Assembly (NCBI GenBank): GCA_963847445.1
Contig: CAWJZV010000042.1
Coordinates: 1 to 64,000 of the forward strand
Length of the DNA: 64,000 nucleotides
Direction of reading: 5' to 3'
Source of the DNA: an uncultured delta proteobacterium
GTDB lineage: Bacteria; Desulfobacterota; Binatia; UBA9968
The notes under the pieces were generated by a model. The model made no database searches. It saw only the letters and a program-made list of their open reading frames with translations, and was not told where the DNA came from. Below, in pieces: positions 32,210-41,585 of this stretch. Each line of letters begins with the position of its first letter. Positions within the stretch are counted from its first letter, which is position 1. Both the position numbers and the translations under genes were made by a program.

Positions 32210-33397
32210 GTGATCCTCCCGTTAAATGTGGTTCTTTTTTCTGTTGGATCGAGGGGTGATGTCTCGCCGTTCATTGAGATTGGACGCCGGCTCAAAGCGC
32301 GAGGTCATGAGGTCAATCTCATAACTCATTTTGGTTACGAAGAAATAGCCAAACGAGCCTCTTTAGAGTTCATCCCCGTCGACACTCCTGAAGAGTACCG
32401 GGAATTCATCGCCGATCAGCATCTCTTGAATCATCCGCGTGGAGTATCAGAATTCATTCGAAGACATTCGTTAGCTAAGATTGTCAAACATTACGAGTTG
32501 ATCGCACAGGCGTGCCAATCACGCAACACCGTTCTCGTAACCCGCGATCTTTTCGACACCGCGATGCGCGTGGCTGCCGAAAAGAGCCACTTGCCGCTGC
32601 GCTGGGTTTTCGGATTTCCAAGTCAAGCTGCGACCTGGAAGCTCCGACAACAATTGTTCACCGATCTGTTACGATCTGACATCGATCGAGCTCGGGCAGC
32701 GCTGGGCCTGGAAAAAGTCGTGCAAGGAGATGCCCGGCTTGAGTATCCATCGGGCGCAATCGGGTTGTGGCCCGAATGGTTTGCCAAGGTTGAATTTGAC
32801 TTGCCGTTCACCGTGACCCCGGTGGGTTTTTTTCGCGATGACGACGGCAATGAGGGCGAGATTCCAGAGATGATCCAAAACGCCGTGAATAAATCTGCCA
32901 CGCCGATTCTGATCACGGCGGGCACGGGCATGTATTTAGATGGGGAATTTTATGCCGCCAGCGCTGCAGCCTGCCGATCGTTAAATGTTCTAGGGATTCT
33001 AATGGCACAGCACAAGGAGCAGCTACCGGGTGATTATCCTGGTTGTGTTAGTTGGCTCGGCTATGTTCCATTCGGGAAGCTGATGCCCCAAGTAAAACTG
33101 GTGATTCACCATGGGGGTATGGGAACCCTGGGATGCGCAATGGCTGCCGGAGTTCCACAGCTTGTTCTGCCCAAAGGGGCGGATCGTCCGGACAACGCGT
33201 CCCATTTGAAGAAGCTGCGGATCGCGGAGTTCTTACCCCCGCCAAAATGGCAGCCGGCAATTATAGCGGATGCCATGCTTCGATTGCTGCGCTCGCCAGA
33301 GATTGGCGAGAACTGCCGGACGCTCGCCGGCCGATTGAAAAACACCGACGGCGCCGCCACGGCCTGTGAGCTGATCGAGCGACATGTACAGGCGTGA
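32210..33397 (+). CDS. GT1 (GT-B fold) glycosyltransferase, RhlB/sterol-GT-like
   Basis: GSRGDVSPF, LKARGHEV, GLWPEWFA, IHHGGMGT, AGVPQLVLP, DRPDNA. Confidence 0.92.
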   Translation: MILPLNVVLFSVGSRGDVSPFIEIGRRLKARGHEVNLITHFGYEEIAKRASLEFIPVDTPEEYREFIADQHLLNHPRGVSEFIRRHSLAKIVKHYELIAQACQSRNTVLVTRDLFDTAMRVAAEKSHLPLRWVFGFPSQAATWKLRQQLFTDLLRSDIDRARAALGLEKVVQGDARLEYPSGAIGLWPEWFAKVEFDLPFTVTPVGFFRDDDGNEGEIPEMIQNAVNKSATPILITAGTGMYLDGEFYAASAAACRSLNVLGILMAQHKEQLPGDYPGCVSWLGYVPFGKLMPQVKLVIHHGGMGTLGCAMAAGVPQLVLPKGADRPDNASHLKKLRIAEFLPPPKWQPAIIADAMLRLLRSPEIGENCRTLAGRLKNTDGAATACELIERHVQA

Positions 33398-33608
33398 TTG
33401 GTGTGTCGCTCTATCTTTGGCGAACTCCATGTGATCTATCATTGACCGGACTAGAGTATACTCGCTTTCGCGTTGCACTGGTTTCGTATAATACCTCACA
33501 TGTAAATCTCGGCTGGTAAATTAGCGAAGTGACCGTTGAAGAATTGTACGATTAATGAAGTATGTACCGCCAGCAGTCAAAGCGAACATTTCCCTGAAAG
33601 GACAGCAA

Positions 33609-34586
33609 ATGAAGCGAATTATGTTTGCAATTGTCGTCGCCACGATGTGCCTCAGCGGGGTCCATGCGGCCGACCGCATTCGCATCGGCTACAGCTCGAT
33701 CAGCGGCGCCTACACGCCGATCTGGGTCGCCCATGATGCCGGCTTCTTTGCCAAGGAAGGACTGCAAGACGACATCATCCTGATCCCCAGCGGCACGCAG
33801 CTGGCGCAAGTGACGGTGGCGGGTGAAATCGACATCGGCTCGCTTAACGGCAGCTCGGCGATCGCCGCGGCGTTTTCCGGCGCCGATCTGAAAATCATCG
33901 GCAACTCCGGCAACAAGATGGTTTTTTCACTTTACGTCCGGCCGGAGATCAAAAACGTCGACGGCATGCGCGGTAAAAAGATCGGCATCACCCGCTTCGG
34001 CTCGGCGCCGGATATTTCGGTGCGCTACGCGCTGCGTAAACACAATATCAACCCCGACAAAGACCTGACGTTGATCCAGCTCGGCTTCATGGCGACGGTG
34101 GCCGCTGGACTACAAGGCGGCTCCATCGAGGGCGGCGTGGTGTCGCCGCCGACGCAATTCGCCATCGACAAGGCCGGCTTCAAGGAATTAATCAGCATCA
34201 CCGACATGGATTACGCTTTCCCCAATCCGGCGCTGGTGGCGGTGGGCTCGATCATTCGCAGCAAGCCCGACGTGATCAACCGTTTCATGCGCGCCTACAC
34301 GCGCGGCGTGCATAAGGCGCGCACCGACCGAGAGTTCACCTATAAATCGCTGGCCAAGTACACCAAGATCAACGATCAAGTGGTGCTGCAGAAGGCCTAC
34401 GATTTCTACATGACCAAAGTTTTGGAGAAGACGCCGGCGGTGAATATGGCCGGTGTCGTCAACGTGCTCGACGACCTGGCCAAGACCGTGCCCGCCGCCA
34501 AGACCGCCAAGCCGGAGCAGTTCGTCGACATGCGCTTTCTCGATACGCTGGAGAAGAGCGGCTTGTTGAAAGAGCTTTATCCGTAG
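33609..34586 (+). CDS. ABC substrate-binding protein, NMT1/SsuA family
   Basis: RIGYSSISG, AGFFAKEGL, GKKIGITRFGS, VSPP. Confidence 0.9.
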   Translation: MKRIMFAIVVATMCLSGVHAADRIRIGYSSISGAYTPIWVAHDAGFFAKEGLQDDIILIPSGTQLAQVTVAGEIDIGSLNGSSAIAAAFSGADLKIIGNSGNKMVFSLYVRPEIKNVDGMRGKKIGITRFGSAPDISVRYALRKHNINPDKDLTLIQLGFMATVAAGLQGGSIEGGVVSPPTQFAIDKAGFKELISITDMDYAFPNPALVAVGSIIRSKPDVINRFMRAYTRGVHKARTDREFTYKSLAKYTKINDQVVLQKAYDFYMTKVLEKTPAVNMAGVVNVLDDLAKTVPAAKTAKPEQFVDMRFLDTLEKSGLLKELYP

Positions 34587-34598
34587 ATCGCAGAAGAC

Positions 34599-34682
34599 GT
34601 GAGGGGTGAAGGGTGAAGGGGTAAGGCGTAAACCGGATTTCATTCCGAATCGCCTCACGCCTCACCCTTTACCCCTTACCTT
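34599..34682. repeat. Hairpin with tandem 7-mer arms
   Basis: GTGAGGG GTGAAGG GTGAAGGG GTAAGGC ... CGCCTCA CGCCTCA CCCTTTA CCCCTTA; related copies at ~46145-46182 and ~61950-62030. Confidence 0.75.
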
Positions 34683-34688
34683 CTCAAC

Positions 34689-35735
34689 ATGGCGGATTCC
34701 TCACGCATCGACGCAAGCCCCGCCGCGCAAGCTGAATCGCCACCCGCCAGTTGGTTTCAGCGTCACAAGGACAAGCTCTGGTGGCTGCATAGCGCTTACG
34801 CATTGCTCTTGGGCGTCGGCATCATGTGGCTCGGGGCGCGTAACTACAATTTTTTGCGCGTGACGGTTTTTCACGTCGGTTTTATCTGGCTATCCAGTCT
34901 CTATTTGCCACGGCTGCTCAATCAACCTCGGCTCTCCGCGCGATGGGCCGAGCGGCTGCGCCTGCTGGTCAACTTTTTCAACAAGAATCTTTATCAGCAG
35001 GTGCTGTTCTTCATCTTGCCGATCTACTTCGGCAGCGCGACCCTGTCGTCGGGAAATGTTCTTTTCGTCGTGCTTCTGGCGATTTCGGCAGTGCTGTCGA
35101 CGCTCGACGTCGTCTATGACCGCCATCTGTCGGTGCGGCGCGGCCTGACGGCGCTATTTTTCGCGTTCAATTTATTTGCCCTGATCAATGTCATGCTGCC
35201 GGTGTTGTGGAGTATCGGTAACAACTGGGCGACCCGTGTCAGCGCGCTGCTGGCGGCGCTCGGGTTTGCGACGATTCTCAGACCGTTCGCTCAGGTGCAG
35301 CGCTGGCAGAGAGCCGTCGCCGGCAGCTCGGCGCTCTTGCTGGTGGTGCTGGTCGAGTTCGCACGGCCATTTATTCCGCCGGCGCCGTTGCGTCTGGTCG
35401 CCGCGCAGTTCGGCAGCGATTATCAAGCCGAGTCGAAGTCTGTCGAGCCGGAGCTGACAGAAGCGGAGGCCGGCCAGGGACGCCGGTTGCATGTCATCAC
35501 GCCGATCAAGGCGCCGCTGGGACTGAAAGAAGCCGTGCAGCACCGCTGGTACAAAAACGGCAAGTTGGTTTGGGCGTCGCCGTTCATTCAAGTGACCGGC
35601 GGCCGTGAACAAGGATTCCGGCTGTGGACGAACTATCTGTTCGACGTGGTCGAGCCCGGTGCGGTGGTGCGCGTCGATGCCGTAACCGAAGGCGGTCAAT
35701 TGATCGGCCGTGCCAGGTTAAATGCCGCGCGCTAA
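34689..35735 (+). CDS. Membrane protein with C-terminal DUF2914-like domain
   Basis: LWWLHS, QQVLFFILPIYFGS, IKAPLGL, HRWY, VTGGREQGFRLWT, TEGGQLIGR. Confidence 0.8.
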   Translation: MADSSRIDASPAAQAESPPASWFQRHKDKLWWLHSAYALLLGVGIMWLGARNYNFLRVTVFHVGFIWLSSLYLPRLLNQPRLSARWAERLRLLVNFFNKNLYQQVLFFILPIYFGSATLSSGNVLFVVLLAISAVLSTLDVVYDRHLSVRRGLTALFFAFNLFALINVMLPVLWSIGNNWATRVSALLAALGFATILRPFAQVQRWQRAVAGSSALLLVVLVEFARPFIPPAPLRLVAAQFGSDYQAESKSVEPELTEAEAGQGRRLHVITPIKAPLGLKEAVQHRWYKNGKLVWASPFIQVTGGREQGFRLWTNYLFDVVEPGAVVRVDAVTEGGQLIGRARLNAAR

Positions 35736-35982
35736 GCGCAGGCCGTGCTTGTCCTGCTTCCTCCGGCCGGGAAAATTTGACTTATATCCATCCCTGTGAA
35801 TAAGTTGAGCGCTCAAGTAGGTACCCACTCATGATGCAATCGTTACTTGCTTTTCTTTGTCATTACCCTGCGGTGCTCGGGATGACAATGAGGGATTTCG
35901 CAGTGCGACACAGTCCGTCGAGGGCGAAAACAAAGAACGTCAACAACGCGAATCGTTCGGTTTAGAATCATGGAGAACTAGA

Positions 35983-36768
35983 ATGTCGAACACCAACGAA
36001 ACCTATGACATGTTGCTCAGGCTGGTGAAGACGCGGCATAGCGTGCGCAAGTTCAAGGCCGATCCGATTCCGGAAGACACCATCGAAAAGATTCTCGAAG
36101 TGGCGCGCTGGGCGATGTCGGGCGCGAACTCGCAGCCTTGGGAGTTTATCGTCGTCACCGATCCGAAGACCAAGAAAGAGTTGCGCGACGCTTACTCGGA
36201 GTACAACACGGATCTGATTTTCTGGATGGAGCAGCAGCGCGAGTACAATCTGCGCCATCCGTCCTATCAAGTGAAAAACGATCCGCACGAGTCGCTGCGC
36301 TTCAACAAAGCCAAGGCCAACTGGCACCAGGCGCCGGCGGTGATCGTTGTCTTGGGCGACGGACGGCGCCAGTGGGGCACGGTGATGGGCGCGCATACCT
36401 TCGGCCGCGATCAGTCGCACTTGACCGACGGCCTGGCCAACGCCAGCTTCCTGCTCCATCTCGCCATCGCTTCGCTCGGTCTCACTTCGGAGTGGGTGTC
36501 GATCCATATCGAAGAGCCGCACAAGCGGATTCTCAATGTGCCCGATCTGTTGAAGCTTTATCTGATCATCCCCATCGGTTATCCCGATGTCTCCACCCGC
36601 GGCGAAGGCGTGCGCCGGCCGCTGCAAGACATGGTGCACCGCGAGCGCTACGACATGAGCAAGTACATGTCCAATGAAGATGTCATCAAGTATCTCTACT
36701 CGCTGCGCGAGGCGACGGTGCCGGTGCATTCCGCGTCGCGCGCGGTGGTGGCGGACGAGAAGAAATAA
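35983..36768 (+). CDS. Nitroreductase family protein
   Basis: TRHSVRKF, ARWAMSGANSQPWEFIVV, SLGLTSEWV, IPIGYP. Confidence 0.9.
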   Translation: MSNTNETYDMLLRLVKTRHSVRKFKADPIPEDTIEKILEVARWAMSGANSQPWEFIVVTDPKTKKELRDAYSEYNTDLIFWMEQQREYNLRHPSYQVKNDPHESLRFNKAKANWHQAPAVIVVLGDGRRQWGTVMGAHTFGRDQSHLTDGLANASFLLHLAIASLGLTSEWVSIHIEEPHKRILNVPDLLKLYLIIPIGYPDVSTRGEGVRRPLQDMVHRERYDMSKYMSNEDVIKYLYSLREATVPVHSASRAVVADEKK

Positions 36769-36782
36769 TCGGATGAAGAATG

Positions 36783-36922
36783 TCTCCCGCAAAGGCGCAA
36801 AGACGCCAAGTTCGAGACTGTTGTCATTTCGACCGAAGGGAGAGATCTCGGTAGATCCCTCGCATTCGCTCGGGATGACGGGCAACGGCCGTCACTTTGC
36901 GCCTTAGCGTCTTTGCGAGACA
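36783..36922 (-). repeat. Hairpin repeat module, inverted relative to the copies at 9820 and 16575
   Basis: TGTCATTTCGACCGAAGGGAGAGATCT..AGATCCCTCGCATTCGCTCGGGATGACG flanked by 9-mer arms. Confidence 0.8.
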
Positions 36923-36965
36923 AATGAATCTTGCAGCGTTTCATCGGGTAGATTGAAGACAAAGA

Positions 36966-38638
36966 TGACCCAGTGCAGTCCCCGATCAATCCCGATCACC
37001 GTCGAGGTCGTGCGCAACGCCTCGTCGCCTATGCCGACGAGATGGCGACGGTGCTGTCGCAAGACCGCCTACAACATGATGATCTACGAGGTGCGCGACT
37101 ACTGCTGCGGGCTCGATCGATCACGCAGACGGCGCATGATCTCGCAGAACCGCGGCGGGCTGCCGATCTTCCTCGCCGACCTCGGCGTCGCGGTCGTCGA
37201 CGGCATGCGCATGCTATGGGCTGCGACGGCTTCGCGCCCGGCGACGTGATGATCATGAATCAGGCCGACGTCTGCGGCCAGCATCTCAACAACGTCGTGG
37301 TCTACACGCCGTGCTTCCACGACGGCGAGCTGGTGGCGTTTCGTCGCCAACCGCGCGCACTGGGTCGATATCGGCGGCGTGCGCATGGGCTTCGGCTCCT
37401 ACGGCACGAGCGAAGTCTACGCCGAAGGCCTGCAGATGCGCTCGCTGAAGATCTACGAGGCGGGCAAGCGCAACGAGACGCTGTGGCAGATCATCCGCGA
37501 CAACATGCGCTATCCCCGAATCGGCGCTCGGCGACCTGCGCGCGCAGATCGCCTCCTGCCAGCTCGGCGACCGCGGCGCTACGGCGAGCTGATCGCGCGC
37601 TACGGGCTGGCAGACGGTCGAGGCGCTGCATCGCACGATCTGGGACCAGGCCGAGGCTAGGCGCGCGCGCGGTGGTCGCGAAATTCGCCGGGCACTACAC
37701 GGCCGAGAGCTTCTTCGACAACGACGGCGCACGCTCGACAAGCCGGTGCGCGTCAAGGTCAAGGTGGAAGTCGCCGGCCGCGACATGACCATCGACTTCA
37801 CCGAGATGAACCCGCAGGTGCCGGGCCCGCTCAACTCCGGCGAGTCCGGCGGCATCGCCGGCGGCGCGCGTCGCGTTCAAGGCGCTGACCTCGCCCGATC
37901 TCGACGTCGACGAAGGCTGCTTTCGCCCGCTCGAAGGTGGTTATGCCCGAAGGCACGATGCTCAACGCCAAGCCGCCGTCGGCGGTGGGCTGTGGAGCAT
38001 CGCGCTGCCGACGGTGATCGACACGATCCTGAAGGCGCTCGCGCCCGCGCTGCCCGATCTCGTTCCCGCCGCGCACAAGGGCGACATGGGCGGCTGCTCG
38101 TTCTTCGGCTATCCGCGCCGACGGCTCGCGCTTCCTGCTGATGAACATCTTCGGCGGCGGCTGGGGCGGCCGGCCGGACGAGGACGGCGAGGACGCCACG
38201 GTGTCGGTGTGCCAGGGCGACGTGCGCAACACGCCGGTCGAGCTGCAGGAGATCCACTATCCGGTGCTCATCGAGCGCCAGCAGCTGCGCGAGGGCAGCG
38301 GCGGCGCGGGCAAGTTTCGCGGCGGCCTCGGCGTCGAAGTCACGGTGCGCGTGCTGTGCGATGCGTCCACCAATATCAACGTCGAGCGCCAGCGCACCGC
38401 GCCGTGGGGATTGTTCGACGGCGAATGCGGCGCGAAGGCCCAGGCGCTGGTCAAACAATCGCCCGACGATCCCGGCGTCTGGCTGACCAAGAAGCCTAAC
38501 TATCCACTTAAAGCCGGCGGCAGTGTGACTTTCTTTACCGCAGGCGGCGGTGGTTATGGCGCCGCCCATGAGCGCGCGTAGGAATTGATGGAGCGGGATG
38601 AGCGAATGGGGTATGTAACAAGCCAGCGCACATACTAA
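36966..38638 (+). CDS. Hydantoinase B/oxoprolinase family protein, heavily frameshifted, in-frame TAG at 38579
   Basis: PITVEV, KTAYNMMIYEVRDY, GQHLNN, AAHKGDMGG, GGGWGGRP, GGAGKFRGG, TAGGGGYG; collinear with intact paralog at 47422. Confidence 0.8.
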
Positions 38639-38648
38639 GCTCTCCGAG

Positions 38649-38926
38649 CCCCCTCGCCCATTCCGATGGGAGAGGGCGGGGGTGAGGGCTTGATCGAGGG
38701 TAGATTGACCTTCAGCAACATGTCCTGCCGATCCATCGACGTCAAAGACTACCGGCGCTTAGGCTATAGTGACGAATCTGAAGCGGGGTGGAGTGGTTGT
38801 ATGAACCGAGCGCTCGGGCGATTTGTTTGAGCAGCACTGCGTTGGGATATGCGTCGAACAGAATGATCGTTGCGTATGCGCGGCTCGCTGGCCCTCATCC
38901 TAACCTTCTCCCAGAGGGAGAAGGGA
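38649..38926. repeat. REP-like inverted pair
   Basis: CCCCTCGCCC..GGGAGAGGGCGGGGGTGAGGG and CCCTCATCCTAACCTTCTCCCAGAGGGAGAAGGG; related pair at 45168-45273. Confidence 0.7.
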
Positions 38927-38969
38927 TAAGCGAGGTAGATGCGATCACAGACAAGTGGCGGAGGTACGT

Positions 38970-40080
38970 ATGGACGAACAAGCAGTATTTCAAATCGCCT
39001 GACACAAGTGCGCCAAGCGATGCGCGAGCAAGGGCTGCAAACTCTGCTCGTGCATGACGCCGGGCGGCATAATTTTTTGCGCATGAACTACGTCGCCTAT
39101 CTCACCGACTTTATCAGCGTCGGTCCGGACACGATGCTGGTGATCCCGCTGGACGATGCGCCGGTGCTTTATCTCGCGCCGGTTTGGGACATCGCGCGCG
39201 CTCAAGAAGAGTCGCAGGTGAAAGATGTGCGGCCATTCAATGAGATTTCCCGACCTTGGCGCAAGTAAGGCCGGCAAGGTTGGGCTCATCGGCCGGGAGG
39301 CGATGCATGTCGGACTGCATGACGAGATCGTCAAGGCGCTGGGTCAAACGCCGGTCAACGCCAAAGACATCATCGAGACCATGGCGCGCTGCAAAGGACC
39401 GTTTGAGCTGGAGCGCATGCGTCGCGCGGCGGCGATCGCCGATGCCGGCGTCAGCGCCTTGCACGAAGACGCCCGGCCCGGCCTGAAAGAATACGAGCTC
39501 GCCGCCATCGTCGAGTATCCGCATGCGTTCGCTCGGCGCCGAGGATAATTTCGGCATGGTGGTCGCCAACCATCACAACCAAGCGCTCCATCCGCCCACC
39601 GATCGCGTGGTCCAGCCGGGGGATATTATCATCGGCGAGATCACGCCGTGCATCGGCGGTCTGTTCGTGCAGATCTGCCGCACCGTCGTGTTGGGCGAGC
39701 CGGCGCCGGTGGTGCGCGAGAAGTACGCGATCCTGCACAAAGCGATGGGCTTGGGCATGGCGGCGGCGCAGACCGGCGCGCCGGCGAGCGAGGTGGCCAA
39801 GGCGATCAACGGGACGTTTATTGAATATGGCTACGAGCAGTACTGCCGGCCGCCGTTCATGCGCGTGCGCGGCCATGGTCTCGGCTGCGGCTCGTCGGCG
39901 CCGGGCAGTTTGGAAGATGACAACAAGACCAAGTTGGAAGAGGGGATGACGTTCATCATTCATCCCAACCAATATGTGCCGGAGACCGGTTATCTTACGC
40001 TCGGCGATACCGTGGTGATGGGAAAGAACCAGGCGGAGTCGTTGATGAAATCTTCGTGGGATCTCTATATTAAAGAGTAA
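38970..40080 (+). CDS. M24/creatinase-fold protein 1 (frameshifts)
   Basis: Creatinase_N-like start, KGPFELERMRRAAAIAD, QICRTVVLG, RGHGLG, IIHPNQY. Confidence 0.85.
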
Positions 40081-40099
40081 CGGACCGATATTTACACGA

Positions 40100-40187
40100 C
40101 CTGGAACTATTGGAACTGCTGGAACGGCTTGGAACCTTCTCGTTCAAATCGTTCCAGTCGTTCAAAACGTTCCAAGTCGTTCCAGGA
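40100..40187. repeat. Hairpin with tandem 9-mer TGGAAC/GTTCCA arms
   Basis: CTGGAACTA TTGGAACTG CTGGAACGG ... GTTCCAGTC GTTCAAAAC GTTCCAAGTC; related array at 53555-53598. Confidence 0.75.
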
Positions 40188-40214
40188 TGGTTTAAGATCG
40201 ATGTAGGTGACAAT

Positions 40215-41372
40215 ATGATATTCGGCCGACATTCAGTATTGAAACGCGGTTGTTCCACTTGGGATCCGGCGCAGGTGCCGCAGGCGGAGTTTCAGGCGCG
40301 GCTCGATGCCGTGCGCAGGGAGATGGCGCGGCGCGATCTCGACGCTCTGGTGATTTACGGCGATAACTATTCCTTCGCCGATCTTTGCTACCTGACCAAC
40401 TACTTTCCCAAAGTGCGCGGCGGCATCGCGGTGGTGCCGCGCGATGGCGCGATTTCCATGTTGCTCAATATCGGCAGCCGCGATGTGCCGTTCGCCAAGA
40501 CGTTCACTTGGGTCGAAGACGTGCGCGCGTCCAATCAGGTCGGTAGCGATGGCGCCAAGATGATCAAAGAAAAAGGCTTCGAGAAAGCTAAGGTCGGTTT
40601 GGCCGATTCCGGTCATGGATTTCCGCTGCCGCAGTTGGAGGATATGAAAACCGCGCTGCCCAACGTCAGTTGGCAAGATTGCGATGACATCGTCGCGCCG
40701 CTGCGTTTGGCGAAGACGGCGCGCGAGCTCGGCGCCATGTCTGAAGCCGGGCGCCTGCTCAGCGAGGTCTGTGCCGGTGCCGCACGGTTTATTAAGTCTG
40801 GGCGCAAGGAGTATGAAATCGTCGCCGATATCGATCGCTTGGCGCGCGACAAGGGCGCCGAAGATATTCGCATCCTCGCCGGCGAGAATCGGTTCAATCC
40901 GCCGAGCTTCAAACAGGCGGCGAGCATCGGTTCCCATTGGGCGCTTTATCTCGCCGTGCAGCATGAGCGCTACTGGGCCGAGGCGGGGCGGACTTTTATT
41001 CTAACAGCGATGGCAAGATTCAGGCGGCCTATGAGCGAGCGCAAGAAATCGTTGCGGCGATGGCCAAGCAGCTTCGGCCCAATGGCGCCGTTGCTGCCAT
41101 TGACGAAACCGCGCGCAAAGAGCTGGGCGAGTTCTACGCCAAAGCCGCCGTCTATGGTCTCGCCAACGGCATCGGCCTCAATCAATGGGAAGCGCCATTC
41201 TTGAATCAAAGCGATGCCGATGAAGTCGGCGCCGCGACGGTGGGTGCGACGACGTTCAATGAGAATATGACGGTGGCGCTGCGCGTGACCATCGAGTCGT
41301 GACGTAGGCGTGGTGCTTTACGGCGATAGTTTTCAGGTGACGGCGAGCGGGGCGAAGTCGTTGGTGGGTTGA
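40215..41372 (+). CDS. M24/creatinase-fold protein 2, catalytic motifs degenerate (frameshifts)
   Basis: EFQARLDAVRREM, DALVIYGD, YLTNY, RLAKTAREL, YWAEAGRT, NGIGL. Confidence 0.8.
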
Positions 41373-41585
41373 TTCAGCGAATGGAAGGACGAGATCCCTA
41401 CGTTCCTTCCCCCTTATGGGGGAAGCCCAAATCGGGGTGCTCGATGGATTGCTAGTGACAGGACCCCCACTCTGTCCTCGCCCTCAGGAAGGGCAGCATG
41501 GGGGATGCGGCTACGGATTACGAAGTTCGGACGAGGGTGGATAGGGACGACCGGTCGATAGCTCTTCAGAAAATCGAAAGGCTCC

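Noticed and set aside
42-33397. A single contiguous NRPS/PKS gene cluster
   Set aside because: No C, KS, AT or TE domains, and ~26 kb of unrelated genes separate the two carrier-bearing genes; only a trans link is proposed
38579-38581. In-frame TAG in HyuB as pyrrolysine or programmed readthrough
   Set aside because: Lies at a variable position in an error-dense gene; no pyl genes seen; base-call error or nonsense mutation is simpler
40100-40187. Short tandem repeats as a CRISPR array (also 13783, 34599, 53555, 61950)
   Set aside because: Units are 7-9 bp, adjacent without unique spacers, arranged as hairpin arms; no cas genes
41300-41302. TGA in the M24-like gene as selenocysteine
   Set aside because: The protein continues in a different frame (VLYGDSFQVT), so this is an indel, not recoding
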